Below, one piece after another: positions 51,921-62,047 of a stretch of 64,000 nt of DNA. Origin of the DNA: Candidatus Bathyarchaeota archaeon (GTDB lineage Archaea > Thermoproteota > Bathyarchaeia > Bathyarchaeales > Bathycorpusculaceae). Each line of letters begins with the position of its first letter. Position 1 is the stretch's first letter. The notes below the pieces were generated by a model, which saw only the letters and a list, made by a program, of their open reading frames with translations, was not told the DNA's origin and ran no database searches. Position numbers and translations under genes: made by a program. The stretch spans positions 992,001 through 1,056,000 of the forward strand of contig CAWEPZ010000011.1 in the NCBI GenBank assembly GCA_963811105.1, read 5' to 3'.

Positions 51921-52484
51921 ATGACTGAAAATAAAAAACCAGCCGAAAAAGAAGCAACTTCTAAAAAAACCGAATTATCAATCACAAAAAAGAAAACATC
52001 AGCAATCAATAAGGCCCCAAAGAGACCTATGGTTTTAGCTGCACCCACTCCTTCAGATCTTTATGAGGCTTTTGATGACACTTTTGAAAGGTTCAGAAAT
52101 GATTTTGAAGACCTTCTCTTTCCTTCAACGTGGGCGAGCACATATTCACTCATGCCAGAAACTCGAGTTCCAGCAATGGATCTAGAAGATAATGAAAAAG
52201 AATATCTCTTAAAGGCGGAGATGCCTGGCTTTAAAAAAGAAAATATCGAAATCGATGTACAAGACAACGCTGTAGTAATATCAGGCGAAGTTGGATGGAA
52301 ATACGACAAGAAAGAACATGAATACCTCTGCAAGGAACGGGCATGCAAATCATTCTACAGAACAGTGGACCTGCCAGAAGAGGTAGACGTAAACGGAGTC
52401 ACTGCCAACCTAACCGATGGGGTACTTGAAATCTGTCTTCCAAAAAAAATACCAAAACAAAAAAGAAAAGTCAAAGTCAAATAG
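51921..52484 (+). CDS. Hsp20/alpha-crystallin small heat shock protein
   Basis: DLED..KEY..KAEMPG..KE.I, F.R...LPEEV...A...GVL.I.LPK motifs. Confidence 0.92.
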   Translation: MTENKKPAEKEATSKKTELSITKKKTSAINKAPKRPMVLAAPTPSDLYEAFDDTFERFRNDFEDLLFPSTWASTYSLMPETRVPAMDLEDNEKEYLLKAEMPGFKKENIEIDVQDNAVVISGEVGWKYDKKEHEYLCKERACKSFYRTVDLPEEVDVNGVTANLTDGVLEICLPKKIPKQKRKVKVK

Positions 52485-52724
52485 ACAGACTTTTCCTTAT
52501 TTTTGTCCCAAGATAGGCTTAAATTGAAAAAGGTTGACATTGTGCGGACTTGTTCAGACTATGCGCATTAATGTGTAAAAATTCTTATATAGGTCCCTTT
52601 TGTGGGGTTGAGAAGGTTTGGTAATAAAATTTACAATGCAATATCGATTAGGTCAAACAGAAAAAGGTAGGCTTAATATTTTTTGGGTCATGTAATAAAA
52701 CGCACAATTTACTGATGATTCAAC

Positions 52725-53708
52725 ATGACGGAAGATTTGGTAATTGAGACAAAAGGGCTTCGAAAGATTTTTATCTCTAAAGAGAGGGGTGGGAAAAAAG
52801 AGGTTGAGGCAGTTAAAGGTATAGATCTCACTGTTAGGAAAGGGGAAATCTTCGGTTTTCTAGGTCCAAATGGCGCGGGAAAATCTACCACACAAAAAAT
52901 GCTGTCAACGTTGCTCCGTCCAACTGGCGGAGAAGCAAAGGTTCTTGGTTACGACCTAGCAAAACAACAAGAGCAGATTAGACAAAAGGTTGGATGCGTA
53001 AGTCAAGCAGGCGGAGCGGATCTGGGTTCTACAGGTGTTGAAAACCTGGTCCTACAAGCCCAACTGTATGGCGTGGATGCTTTGACTGCAAAGAAAGCTG
53101 CAGCCAAATTCGCGGAGCGCTTCCAGATGAACTCATTTATAGCTAGACCGGCTTCATCTTATTCTGGTGGCCAAAAACGCCGTTTAGATATTGCGTTAGG
53201 CATGATTCACCATCCTCAGCTACTTCTTCTCGATGAACCGACTACAGGCCTTGACCCACAAAGCAGAGCCTATCTGTGGGGAGAAATAAAAAAACTGAAA
53301 GCCGAGGGCGTCACCATCTTTTTAACTACTCAATACATGGATGAAGCTGACAAACTTTGCGATACAATAGCGATTATAGATAACGGAAAAATCATTGTCA
53401 CTGGAACTTTAGGGGAGTTAAAAAGCTCTGTCGGTGGTGATTCAATAGTTTTTAGTTTTCTGTCAGAAGAAACAGCTCGCAACGCTGAAACTCTGTTAGC
53501 CGAAAAGATTCAGGTTGAAAAAATTCAGACTTCATACAATTCAGTCCATCTGAACATCAAAGATGGAGAAAGGATGATGCCTGAGCTGCTGCGTTCACTT
53601 GACGCCAAAAACTTGGAGACGCAAACCGTAACGTTGTCTAGGCCAAGTTTAGATGACGTATTCCTAAAGTACACTGGCCGTTCTTTGAGGGAGGACATAA
53701 TAAAATGA
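52725..53708 (+). CDS. ABC exporter ATP-binding subunit (DrrA-like)
   Basis: GPNGAGKS, YSGGQKRR, LDEPTTGLDP and LDDVFL motifs. Confidence 0.93.
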   Translation: MTEDLVIETKGLRKIFISKERGGKKEVEAVKGIDLTVRKGEIFGFLGPNGAGKSTTQKMLSTLLRPTGGEAKVLGYDLAKQQEQIRQKVGCVSQAGGADLGSTGVENLVLQAQLYGVDALTAKKAAAKFAERFQMNSFIARPASSYSGGQKRRLDIALGMIHHPQLLLLDEPTTGLDPQSRAYLWGEIKKLKAEGVTIFLTTQYMDEADKLCDTIAIIDNGKIIVTGTLGELKSSVGGDSIVFSFLSEETARNAETLLAEKIQVEKIQTSYNSVHLNIKDGERMMPELLRSLDAKNLETQTVTLSRPSLDDVFLKYTGRSLREDIIK

Positions 53709-54466
53709 AAATCCAAAACGACATAAGATTGATGTTTATTCGCAATATGCAGCATACTTTGAGAAGCCCCGTTTTTGTTTTCGTAAGCATGTTCCAGCCC
53801 CTTATGTACTTGCTCTTGTTTATGCCGCTTCTCAACGGTCTCGGCGGTGTACCTGGATTGCCCTCTGGAAAAACAGTAGATGTTTTCATCCCAGGTTTGT
53901 TGGTTCTGCAAGCACTATTCGGCACAGCCTTCGTTGGATTCTCACTCATCGATGATATTAGAACAGGAGTTATAGAACGATTTTTAGTGTCTCCAGTGAA
54001 TCGCTCAGCAATTCTTTTAGGCAGGGTTTTGAGAGATGCGTTCGTTCTTCTTATTCAATGTGTTTTGATTACATTGGTTGCTATTCCATTTGGTTTGAGC
54101 GTAAATTTAGGCGGATTTTTGCTCTCTCTGTTGCTGTATGCTTTAATTGGAATTACTATGGCGTCTATTTCTTACGGTTTCGCTCTGATTTACAAAATTG
54201 AGGATGCCCTCGCCCCAACGTTGAACACAATAACACTCCCTGTTTCCTTGCTGTCAGGCATTATTCTCCCATTGGCGCTTGCTCCAATCTGGCTTCAAGA
54301 CCTTGCAAAGATTAACCCCTTCTCATACGCGGTTAACGCTACTCGAGCATTGTTCGCTGGAAATTTTCAAAACATCGGAATTGTAGAGGGCTTCGTTGTC
54401 ATCGGTGTACTTGCAGTTCTGGTGTTTCTTTGGGGGTTGAGGTCACTTAAGAAAATGGCGTTATAA
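53705..54466 (+). CDS. ABC-2 type exporter permease (DrrB-like)
   Basis: Six TM helices with QP, PG and NP.SY motifs; overlaps the ATPase gene. Confidence 0.9.
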   Translation: MKIQNDIRLMFIRNMQHTLRSPVFVFVSMFQPLMYLLLFMPLLNGLGGVPGLPSGKTVDVFIPGLLVLQALFGTAFVGFSLIDDIRTGVIERFLVSPVNRSAILLGRVLRDAFVLLIQCVLITLVAIPFGLSVNLGGFLLSLLLYALIGITMASISYGFALIYKIEDALAPTLNTITLPVSLLSGIILPLALAPIWLQDLAKINPFSYAVNATRALFAGNFQNIGIVEGFVVIGVLAVLVFLWGLRSLKKMAL

Positions 54467-54478
54467 CAATGAACCCAC

Positions 54479-55609
54479 TTAACTCGCCTGTTGACTGCCA
54501 TTTTTGTTATGCAACTCTGATAATCGTAGAAGTGTTTCTTTGTAAACCTGTATGGCGTTGAGGTATTCGCTTATTTCGATGTGCTCATCTAAGGTGTGGT
54601 CTAGATGTGAGTCGCCTGGTCCGTAGGTTACTATTGGGAGGTTCATGGCTTTTCCGAGGATGTTCATGTCGCCGGTTCCTGTTTTGTGCAACAGCGTTGC
54701 GGGCTTGTTAAGCACTTTTCTCACGGAAGATGACAGTACATGAACAAGCGGTGAAGCTTTGTTAACTTCGAAAGGTTCGACTGTGTCTAATACGGTTGCT
54801 TTAACTGATACCTTTGGGTTGACAGCTTGGTACTTATTAATTATCTTCTCTATCTGCTCATAAACCTGAGCTGTCGAAAACTGTATTGGCACTCTGACAT
54901 CAAGGTTCATTTCAACCTCAAAGGGAACAACAGAAGTTGCTCTGCCGCCCACAACTTTTACCAAACATGCCGTAACAGCGTTGTATGGGCTTGCCGAAGG
55001 ATCCAGAGACGGATACGAAGAAGCATTCTTAATTTGCTCCCAAACTTCGAACGCTTTCTCCAAGGCATTATCGTACATCCAAGGCGTAGAAGCATGACCA
55101 GTTTCAGTTTTGCAAACAATTTTAAGTTGAATTTGCCCCTTGTAACCTATTGTTACGTTTTCAACGCCGCTGGGTTCACCGAAAATCGCGTAATCCGCCT
55201 TAATTCCCTGTGTTATTAGGTGCTTTACGCCACGGCTAGTAGCTTCTTCTTCCACAACGCTGGCAACCAAAATTTCACCTTTAAACCCAGGCTCCTTATT
55301 GGCAGCAAGTGCGGCTATAATCATAGCAGCAAGCGGGCCCTTCGCATCCACAGCACCCCGAGCGAATATTTTTCCTTCTTCAATCCGAAGAGGCAAATGT
55401 CCCGCCACCGTATCCATATGACCGCATAGCAGAATAACTGGTTCGCCTTCACCGACGACGCCGATTACGTTTCCGATAGCGTCTTTGCCTACTTCAAAAC
55501 CCATTCGTTTCATTTCATACTCTAGGTAATTGGCTGCGTCCCCTTCTTTTCCTGAAGGACTGTAAATACCAAGAAGGTTAGTTAGGAAACGTACTGCTTG
55601 CTCGCTCAT
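54479..55609 (-). CDS. lysK: [LysW]-lysine/ornithine hydrolase (M20)
   Basis: GHMDTV, GAVDAKG, EEE, GEPSG, GYKG, YGPGDS.LDHT..E motifs, within the LysW operon. Confidence 0.88.
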   Translation of the reverse strand: MSEQAVRFLTNLLGIYSPSGKEGDAANYLEYEMKRMGFEVGKDAIGNVIGVVGEGEPVILLCGHMDTVAGHLPLRIEEGKIFARGAVDAKGPLAAMIIAALAANKEPGFKGEILVASVVEEEATSRGVKHLITQGIKADYAIFGEPSGVENVTIGYKGQIQLKIVCKTETGHASTPWMYDNALEKAFEVWEQIKNASSYPSLDPSASPYNAVTACLVKVVGGRATSVVPFEVEMNLDVRVPIQFSTAQVYEQIEKIINKYQAVNPKVSVKATVLDTVEPFEVNKASPLVHVLSSSVRKVLNKPATLLHKTGTGDMNILGKAMNLPIVTYGPGDSHLDHTLDEHIEISEYLNAIQVYKETLLRLSELHNKNGSQQAS

Positions 55610-56789
55610 TCTCTTCTTCTCCCAAAACCTCGTCAAGAACTAAAATTGCCTTGTCAATTTGTTGCTTCTCAATCACCAAAGACGGCAACAGACGAACCAC
55701 GGTTCTTCCAGCATCCAAAACCAAAACGCCCTTCGCTGCTGCTTTCAGAATAATATTATGAACATCAAACCGCAGTTCCATTCCAAGCATTAAACCTAAC
55801 CCTCGCACTTCCTTAACGATTTTATGCTTAGCCATTAAACCTTCCAAACCAGCCTTGAAGTACTTGCCCATCTCCGCGGCGCGATCAACAAGTTTTTCTT
55901 CTACAAGCGCATCTATGGCGGCGCATCCGGCGGCACAAACGAGTGGGCTTCCGCTGAAAGTGGTTGAGTGTTCACCGATTTTTAGAGAGGACATGATATT
56001 TTCTTTGGCGACAGTTATTCCGATGGGTAAGCCTCCTGCAAACGGCTTTGCCAAACATATAATGTCGGGTGTAACATCCCAATTTTGGCAGCCGAAAAAT
56101 TTTCCCGTTCGACCAAAACTTGTTTGCACTTCATCAAAGAGTAACAAGACATTTTTTTCATTGCAAATTTCTCGTACTGCCTGCAAAAAGCCTTCAGGAG
56201 GGACACGAACACCGCCTTCGCCTCGGATTGGCTCTATCAAGACTGCAGCGGTTTTCTCTGTTATTGCCGCACGGATTTTATCAGCGTTGTCTGGAGGCAC
56301 GTGTTTAAACTCGGGAACCAGAGGCATGAAAGGCTCGCGGTATTTCTTGTCCCATGTTGCGGATAGAGCACCCATGGTTTTGCCGTGAAAAGCTCCCATT
56401 AACGCGATAATTTCGGGTTTGCCAGTATATTTGCGGGCTAGTTTTATGGCGCATTCAACTGATTCAGCGCCGCTGTTTGACAGGAACGCTTTGTCTAAGC
56501 CTTTCGGCGTTATCTGAACAAGTTTCTGTATAAATTCTGCGCGTTTATCATTATAGTAGCAACTATGACAGGTAATCAGTTGCTCAGCTTGAGCCTGGAC
56601 CGCAGCAACTATTTTTGGGTGGCAATGTCCTAGCAAAGCGACACCATAGCTGGTTGAGCAGTCCACATATTCTTTCCCGTTTATATCCCAAACTAGCGCG
56701 CCCTTGCCTTTTGTGAGAACCAATGGTTTTTTGCTGAAAACATTCGCTAAATAGCGATTTTCAATATCTGTTATTTCTTTGTCATTCAC
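55578..56789 (-). CDS. lysJ: [LysW]-aminoadipate/glutamate semialdehyde aminotransferase (class III)
   Basis: NSGAES.E, FHGKT, EPIRGEGG, DEVQT.FGRTG and LAK motifs. Confidence 0.9.
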   Translation of the reverse strand: MNDKEITDIENRYLANVFSKKPLVLTKGKGALVWDINGKEYVDCSTSYGVALLGHCHPKIVAAVQAQAEQLITCHSCYYNDKRAEFIQKLVQITPKGLDKAFLSNSGAESVECAIKLARKYTGKPEIIALMGAFHGKTMGALSATWDKKYREPFMPLVPEFKHVPPDNADKIRAAITEKTAAVLIEPIRGEGGVRVPPEGFLQAVREICNEKNVLLLFDEVQTSFGRTGKFFGCQNWDVTPDIICLAKPFAGGLPIGITVAKENIMSSLKIGEHSTTFSGSPLVCAAGCAAIDALVEEKLVDRAAEMGKYFKAGLEGLMAKHKIVKEVRGLGLMLGMELRFDVHNIILKAAAKGVLVLDAGRTVVRLLPSLVIEKQQIDKAILVLDEVLGEEENERASSTFPN

Positions 56790-57600
56790 CAGTTATCACT
56801 GTACCAACCTTATGATCCAACGCCGAGCTAATAGGCTGATTTCCTGTGCCAGCGGTTACTAAGACTTCCTTGACGCCTTGATTCAAGGCTTCCAATGCCG
56901 CATGAACCTTTGTACTCATGCCCGCCCCAATGCCGGACATAATCTCTTTAACCTCAGTTGCACTGATTTTTTTAACGCACTCTCCTTTGAGCATTAAGCC
57001 TGACACGTTAGTGAGCAAGATTAAGCGGTCAGCTTTAAGAGCGCCTGCGATCATGGCTGCTGTTCGGTCGCCGTCAACGTTAAGGGGTTCAGAATCTTGG
57101 CTAAGCGCTATAGGCGTCACAATCGGTACATATCCCTTTTCAAGCAAGAGGTTAAGCAGATCAGAATTTACGTGAGTTATTTTCCCTGTATAGCCCCCAT
57201 CGATGACTTTCTTTCTGCCTCGTTCATCAACATGAATGAGTTTGGCTTTTCGATCACCCGTCAAAGTTGCAGCGTCTAGACCGCTTATACCTACAGCTGG
57301 GATGCCCTGAGTCTGCAGCGCTAGGACGATTTGCTTGTTGATTTTGCCTGCCATAACCATAGTGTAAATCTCAATTGTTTCTTTATCGGTATAGCGGCTT
57401 CGAAAGCCCTCGGGTGAAATTATGAATTTTTGTTCCTTACCAAGCTTAGATGCGATTTCAGTAACTTCTACGCCTCCACCATGTACAAGGATGACTCTGT
57501 TGGTTTTTGCAATTTCTTTCAGATCGGCGACTAAGTCTTGGGACGCGCCTTCTTTGAGTATGCTTCCACCCATCTTAATTACAAACAACATAGTGATCAC
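56782..57600 (-). CDS. lysZ: [LysW]-aminoadipate/glutamate kinase
   Basis: VIKMGGS, VHGGG, SP.G..SRYTD, GGYTG, NVDGDR and GMSTK motifs. Confidence 0.9.
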   Translation of the reverse strand: MITMLFVIKMGGSILKEGASQDLVADLKEIAKTNRVILVHGGGVEVTEIASKLGKEQKFIISPEGFRSRYTDKETIEIYTMVMAGKINKQIVLALQTQGIPAVGISGLDAATLTGDRKAKLIHVDERGRKKVIDGGYTGKITHVNSDLLNLLLEKGYVPIVTPIALSQDSEPLNVDGDRTAAMIAGALKADRLILLTNVSGLMLKGECVKKISATEVKEIMSGIGAGMSTKVHAALEALNQGVKEVLVTAGTGNQPISSALDHKVGTVITGE

Positions 57601-58652
57601 ATCGGATGGAACCCAGTACTCTTCAAGCCGGTGGTTTCATCTATGCCCATAAGAATGTTCATGCATTGCACTCCTTGGCCTGACGCTCCCTTGGTCATGT
57701 TGTCAATGGCTGAGAAAAGCAAAAGCCGATTCGCATGCTCATCAATCTCGAAACCAACGTCACAGAAGTTTGTGCCAACTGTGATTTTTGGGTCAGGCAA
57801 CTGGTAAGGTCCCTTCTGGTATTTCACTAAACGAATGAACGGCTCATTGCCATACATTCCACGAAGAGCTTTCCAAAGGTCTTTGTTCTCCAGCTTCTGT
57901 TTGGGGAAAGTATGTATTGTTGCAAGGATGCCACGTACCATGTTCACGGCGTGGGGGGTAAAGGAGATTTTTACGGGCTCATCTGTTAATGCATTCAGTT
58001 CCTGCTCAACTTCTGCGGTGTGTCGATGACCGACAACTTGGTAAGGTCGCACTCCGCTAAAGCGTTCAGGATGATGTGATGATACTGTGGGTTTGCTGCC
58101 GCCTCCTGAAGAACCAACCTTGAGGTCTACTATAATTTTGTCTTTGTAAACCAATTTGGCCTTCACTACAGGCGCTAAGCCAAGGATTGCGGATGTTGCC
58201 ATGCAGCCTGGGCAAGCAATAAGTTTGGCATTTTTGATTTCTTCCCGGTGAAGCTCAGGCAGCCCGTATGCCGCTTCTTTAAGCATTTCTGGGTGGGCAT
58301 GTTTCCAGCCATAGTAAGTTTCGTAATCAGCAGGGTTTTTGAGACGAAAGTCAGCACTCATGTCGATTACTCTTAAGCCTTCCTCTAAGAGTTTTGGAAC
58401 TAAGTTAACTGAACCTCCATGTGGAGTTGCTGTGAAGATTAAGTCGCATTCTTTCTGAATCTCAGCCATGTCTTGGGGCACAAATTTTAGCTGCGTTAAG
58501 CCTCTTAAGTTTGGGTGGATATTGAAGACGTATTCACCTACGCTTTGACGAGAAGTAACCATAGTTACCTCCACCTGAGGATGCAAAAGCAGCAACCTCA
58601 ACAATTCGCCGCCGACGTATCCTGAACCACCAATAATTCCAATTCTCAACAT
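57597..58652 (-). CDS. lysY: [LysW]-aminoadipyl/glutamyl-phosphate reductase
   Basis: GGSGYVGGELLRLL, DMSADFRL, YGLPEL, PGC, HRH..E and IDNMTKGASGQ motifs. Confidence 0.92.
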   Translation of the reverse strand: MLRIGIIGGSGYVGGELLRLLLLHPQVEVTMVTSRQSVGEYVFNIHPNLRGLTQLKFVPQDMAEIQKECDLIFTATPHGGSVNLVPKLLEEGLRVIDMSADFRLKNPADYETYYGWKHAHPEMLKEAAYGLPELHREEIKNAKLIACPGCMATSAILGLAPVVKAKLVYKDKIIVDLKVGSSGGGSKPTVSSHHPERFSGVRPYQVVGHRHTAEVEQELNALTDEPVKISFTPHAVNMVRGILATIHTFPKQKLENKDLWKALRGMYGNEPFIRLVKYQKGPYQLPDPKITVGTNFCDVGFEIDEHANRLLLFSAIDNMTKGASGQGVQCMNILMGIDETTGLKSTGFHPM

Positions 58653-58676
58653 GTCTCTTTCCTCGTTACTCAATTA

Positions 58677-59858
58677 CTAGTCGATTAGACTTTGGGCACC
58701 TTTCAACAGTGGAACAGCCACATTATAACCTGTTGCCAGCCGAGTATTCTCCCAAAACTCTGGGCAAGAATTCGACTCGTGAAACACCAAAGCACTTTTA
58801 TTTTTTTCTATGCTTTCTTCAATTACCTTTTTAATATTTTCGTAATTCTGATTATTCGCATATCTCTGGAAAGCTTTTTCCAGCTTCGTATTCCACGCTC
58901 TAAAATTGGTTAGGCGAGTTTCATCTTGCTTGACTTTTTGAACAGACGCAAAAGCTTGCGAAGCCTTATCAAGTTCAGCTTTGAGGTAACCATCATCCAC
59001 CTGTTTGTTGTCTTTAACGTTTACCATAGCATCCAACGCGAAAATCCATGCTTCGCTGCCTTTACCAAGAGTTTTGCCGCACTTAACCGAAAGTTGCTGA
59101 ATACTTTTAGGTAATTTGGCGCCGAAAACCAAGTTGCCGAGAAAAGTGTTTGTTCTAAAGTCCTTAAAGCCGGCCCTTGCCATTGCTATAGGATAGCAAA
59201 CTGGTTGTTTGCCTTTCTCTTTTGAAACGATGATTCTTAAATCGTAAAACCACTTCTCAATCAGTTCCTGTGCGACCACACCGACAGGGTTAATTATTGA
59301 GGGTTTTGTTTCCCCTATGTTTGCAATTAGTTCTTCATCGTTTCTTGCAAGCATAATCATTTTGCCATGCGTTCCAGCATCAGCTTTAATCACGATGCCT
59401 TCTGAGAGAGGGATTTCTTGTTGGAACAGTTCTGCAATGTCTTTTTCATTGTGGATTATTTGCCCATTCTTTAGAGTGTCAGTTGAGTCGCACGGAACAT
59501 AAACTGTTTTGGGTATGGGGATGCCTTCTTTCCAAAGGGTAAGCAGCGTGCGTAGCTTACTGTAGCAAACAAATTCGCTTTGAGAAGAGTTTAACGCTTT
59601 TTTTTCGAGTTGCTCTATGATGTATGAGGCTTGGAGGCGACGATTCTTGCTTTGTGCACGATTAAGCACAACAGCAGTATCATTTATTGCGTTTGTGTAG
59701 TCTTTTCCTTTGGTTTTAGCGCTAAAGCCATCTTTGGATACTGATAAAGCGATTTTTCGGAAGGGCAGAAAAGTCAAGTCAATGCCTAATTGCTGGGCAG
59801 TTAGTTTTATTCCGTTTTCATCGTTTTCTGACCGCTCATAAAGAAGTGCAATGCTCAT
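58677..59858 (-). CDS. Divergent RimK/LysX/ArgX-like ATP-grasp ligase
   Basis: IPIPKT, IK...GTHGK, QE.I...YDLR, DFRTN..LG and ESNSCPEF motifs. Lies directly downstream of lysW and is longer than typical LysX. Confidence 0.7.
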   Translation of the reverse strand: MSIALLYERSENDENGIKLTAQQLGIDLTFLPFRKIALSVSKDGFSAKTKGKDYTNAINDTAVVLNRAQSKNRRLQASYIIEQLEKKALNSSQSEFVCYSKLRTLLTLWKEGIPIPKTVYVPCDSTDTLKNGQIIHNEKDIAELFQQEIPLSEGIVIKADAGTHGKMIMLARNDEELIANIGETKPSIINPVGVVAQELIEKWFYDLRIIVSKEKGKQPVCYPIAMARAGFKDFRTNTFLGNLVFGAKLPKSIQQLSVKCGKTLGKGSEAWIFALDAMVNVKDNKQVDDGYLKAELDKASQAFASVQKVKQDETRLTNFRAWNTKLEKAFQRYANNQNYENIKKVIEESIEKNKSALVFHESNSCPEFWENTRLATGYNVAVPLLKGAQSLID

Positions 59859-59928
59859 CGCTTTTCTGCTTCCTGATAAAAAATTAATCAAAAAACTGAT
59901 CTAAATGAAGGATTGTTAGGGGAACCGT

Positions 59929-60147
59929 TTATTCGCCCCAGTCTTCTCCTTCAATGGTTAATTCCTGAAGGTCTACACATCCGCCCTTTACTTGCTTAAC
60001 TTCAAGTTCTAGTCCGCAACCAGGACAGCTCAGGATTTCTCCTTTCTCTGTGTCTGCTGGAACATCAAGCTCCGCTTCGCAGTCTGGGCATTTTGCCTTG
60101 TTGATAGCCTTAACCTCTGAAGGATTTATGTTTACGGGTTTAATCAT
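59929..60147 (-). CDS. lysW: LysW amino-group carrier protein
   Basis: CPDC...CPGCG zinc ribbon and C-terminal EDWGE. Confidence 0.95.
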   Translation of the reverse strand: MIKPVNINPSEVKAINKAKCPDCEAELDVPADTEKGEILSCPGCGLELEVKQVKGGCVDLQELTIEGEDWGE

Positions 60148-60397
60148 TTTTTATTCGTCACTTTTTTATGTTGGGAAATGCTTTCCCAATTAACTCGGCG
60201 TAAATTTAAACATTGTGACTTATTTGTTACAACTTGGACTCATAATGCACCATTTGGTGCAGCAAAAAAGAATTTGCCAAATTGCTTGAGAAAGTGGAAA
60301 CGCATAATAAATCGCAGTCCACAACGAAATTCGCATCACCCTTTAAGCGTTAACAAGGGAAATCGTTAAATTTTTCCTCAAACCAATAACACTCTCG

Positions 60398-60817
60398 GTG
60401 ACAGAAATGGACGAGAAAGACAAAGAAATAATCAAACTTCTGAAAGATGACGCTAGAGCAGGCTACGGCGAAATTGGCGCAAAAATAGGCTTATCTGAAG
60501 GCGCTATAAGAAAAAGAATCAAAACGTTGACCGACGATAACGTAATACGCAAATTCACGGTTAAAATCGGCGTTGAAGAAGGCGCCCAAGCCATAACGCT
60601 ACTTGCAACAAACCCTGCCAATCCAACTCAAGAAGTGTCAAAAGAAATCCAGTCCATCCCGAATGTCGAAACAGTCTACGAAGTCACTGGAGAATATGAC
60701 ATAGTTGCAGTCATTAGCGGCATGAACATAATGGAAGTTAACGAATGTATAGAGAAGATTCGAAGGGTTGAAGGCATAATGAAAACCAACACAATGATAG
60801 TGCTGAGAAGCTCATAA
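60398..60817 (+). CDS. lysM: Lrp/AsnC family regulator (LysM-like), divergent from lysW
   Basis: MDEKDKEII..L..DAR, IGLSEGAIRKRI and YEVTGEYD motifs. Confidence 0.8.
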   Translation: MTEMDEKDKEIIKLLKDDARAGYGEIGAKIGLSEGAIRKRIKTLTDDNVIRKFTVKIGVEEGAQAITLLATNPANPTQEVSKEIQSIPNVETVYEVTGEYDIVAVISGMNIMEVNECIEKIRRVEGIMKTNTMIVLRSS

Positions 60818-61079
60818 ACAAAAAATAAGTAAGAATATGAAGACTATGAACTCCATTGGATTTAGTTCCGACAATAAGGCAGTTATTTGATTAATCATAG
60901 ATGCGCTCAACAAACAAAGCGTCTCATGCAAATTTGGCTAATATCAAGAGCAACAGGTTCCAAAAGATGGAACCAAACCATAATAAATTCTTCACTTTCA
61001 CTTAACCCTCCACTTCTCCACAAAGAAGTTTCTTAGCTTATCTTATAACCCACTCAACAACGATAGAGGTGACTCACGG

Positions 61080-61316
61080 GTGAGTCATATGAAAAAGAGA
61101 ACTGCACTCTTAGCCATGGAAGAAGACCTTTGTGTTGATCTGACGCTTCATAACGTTCCCGCTTCAATGCTCAAGGAGTTTGCAGAAAAAATTGTTCGTC
61201 CCTACTACAATGGCAACTTAAACATAGCCATACAGGACCTAATCAACAAAGCTATAGCAGAACAAGAATTCATTCATGCACACATAACCCATATTAAAAA
61301 CACACTGAAGCAGTGA
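61080..61316 (+). CDS. Small hypothetical protein
   Basis: 78-aa ORF preceded by a gaggtga RBS-like sequence. Confidence 0.55.
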   Translation: MSHMKKRTALLAMEEDLCVDLTLHNVPASMLKEFAEKIVRPYYNGNLNIAIQDLINKAIAEQEFIHAHITHIKNTLKQ

Positions 61317-61332
61317 CTTTGCCATAGCTTGT

Positions 61333-62047
61333 TTACTTTATTACCTTTTCGATTTTCTCAACAGCGGAATTTGTTCCAATGTAGACTATATCGGTTAAGC
61401 CGACAAAGAACCCAGTTTCAACAACGCCAGGAATCATCTTAACAGTCACCTGCAATTCGGCAGGCTTCGGTATTTCACCAAAATACGAATCCAAAATGGC
61501 GTTCCCATTATCAGTGATTATTGGGCCAAGCTTACCTTTGCCTTCCCGCAAAATAGGTTTTCCGCCAACTTCAACTATCTTTCGCTTCAGCTAGCGAAAT
61601 TGCAAAAGGCAGAACTTCAATTGGAACACCTTGATTGTTTTCACCCAAAAGCTTAACTTTTTTCTGTCGGTCAGCAATAATAATATTAAGTTTGGAGGCG
61701 GCGGCAACAATTTTTTCTCTTGCCATTGCTGCACCCATACCCTTGATTAAATACAGTTCAGGAGTTAGCTGGTCAGCACCATCAATGGTCACGTCAATTT
61801 CTGGATACTCATCCAAAGTAGTAATCGGAATACCACATTTGACTGCCAACAAAAATGCCTGATAAGAAGTTGGAATACCAACAATTCGCAGTTTTTCATT
61901 TTTTATTCTTTCACCTAAGGCTTCAATAGCAAACGCAGCCGTAGATCCACTTCCTAAACCAACAACAAATCTGTCTTTAACATGTTTAACTGCTACCAAA
62001 GCTGCTTTCTGTTTTTCTTCTTGGATCGGGTCGAGGTTAGCTTTCAA
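61333..62047 (-). CDS. rpiA: Ribose-5-phosphate isomerase A, split by a frameshift near 61585
   Basis: VGLGSGST, TIDGAD, IKG.G.A..REKI and PIEV in one frame; GPIITDNGN and IPGVVETG in the next. Confidence 0.9.

Noticed and set aside
52725-54466. DrrAB-type exporter as the transporter for the RiPP or terpenoid product
   Set aside because: It is about 38 kb from the RiPP locus and about 5 kb from the lipid cluster, with unrelated genes in between; no evidence of linkage.
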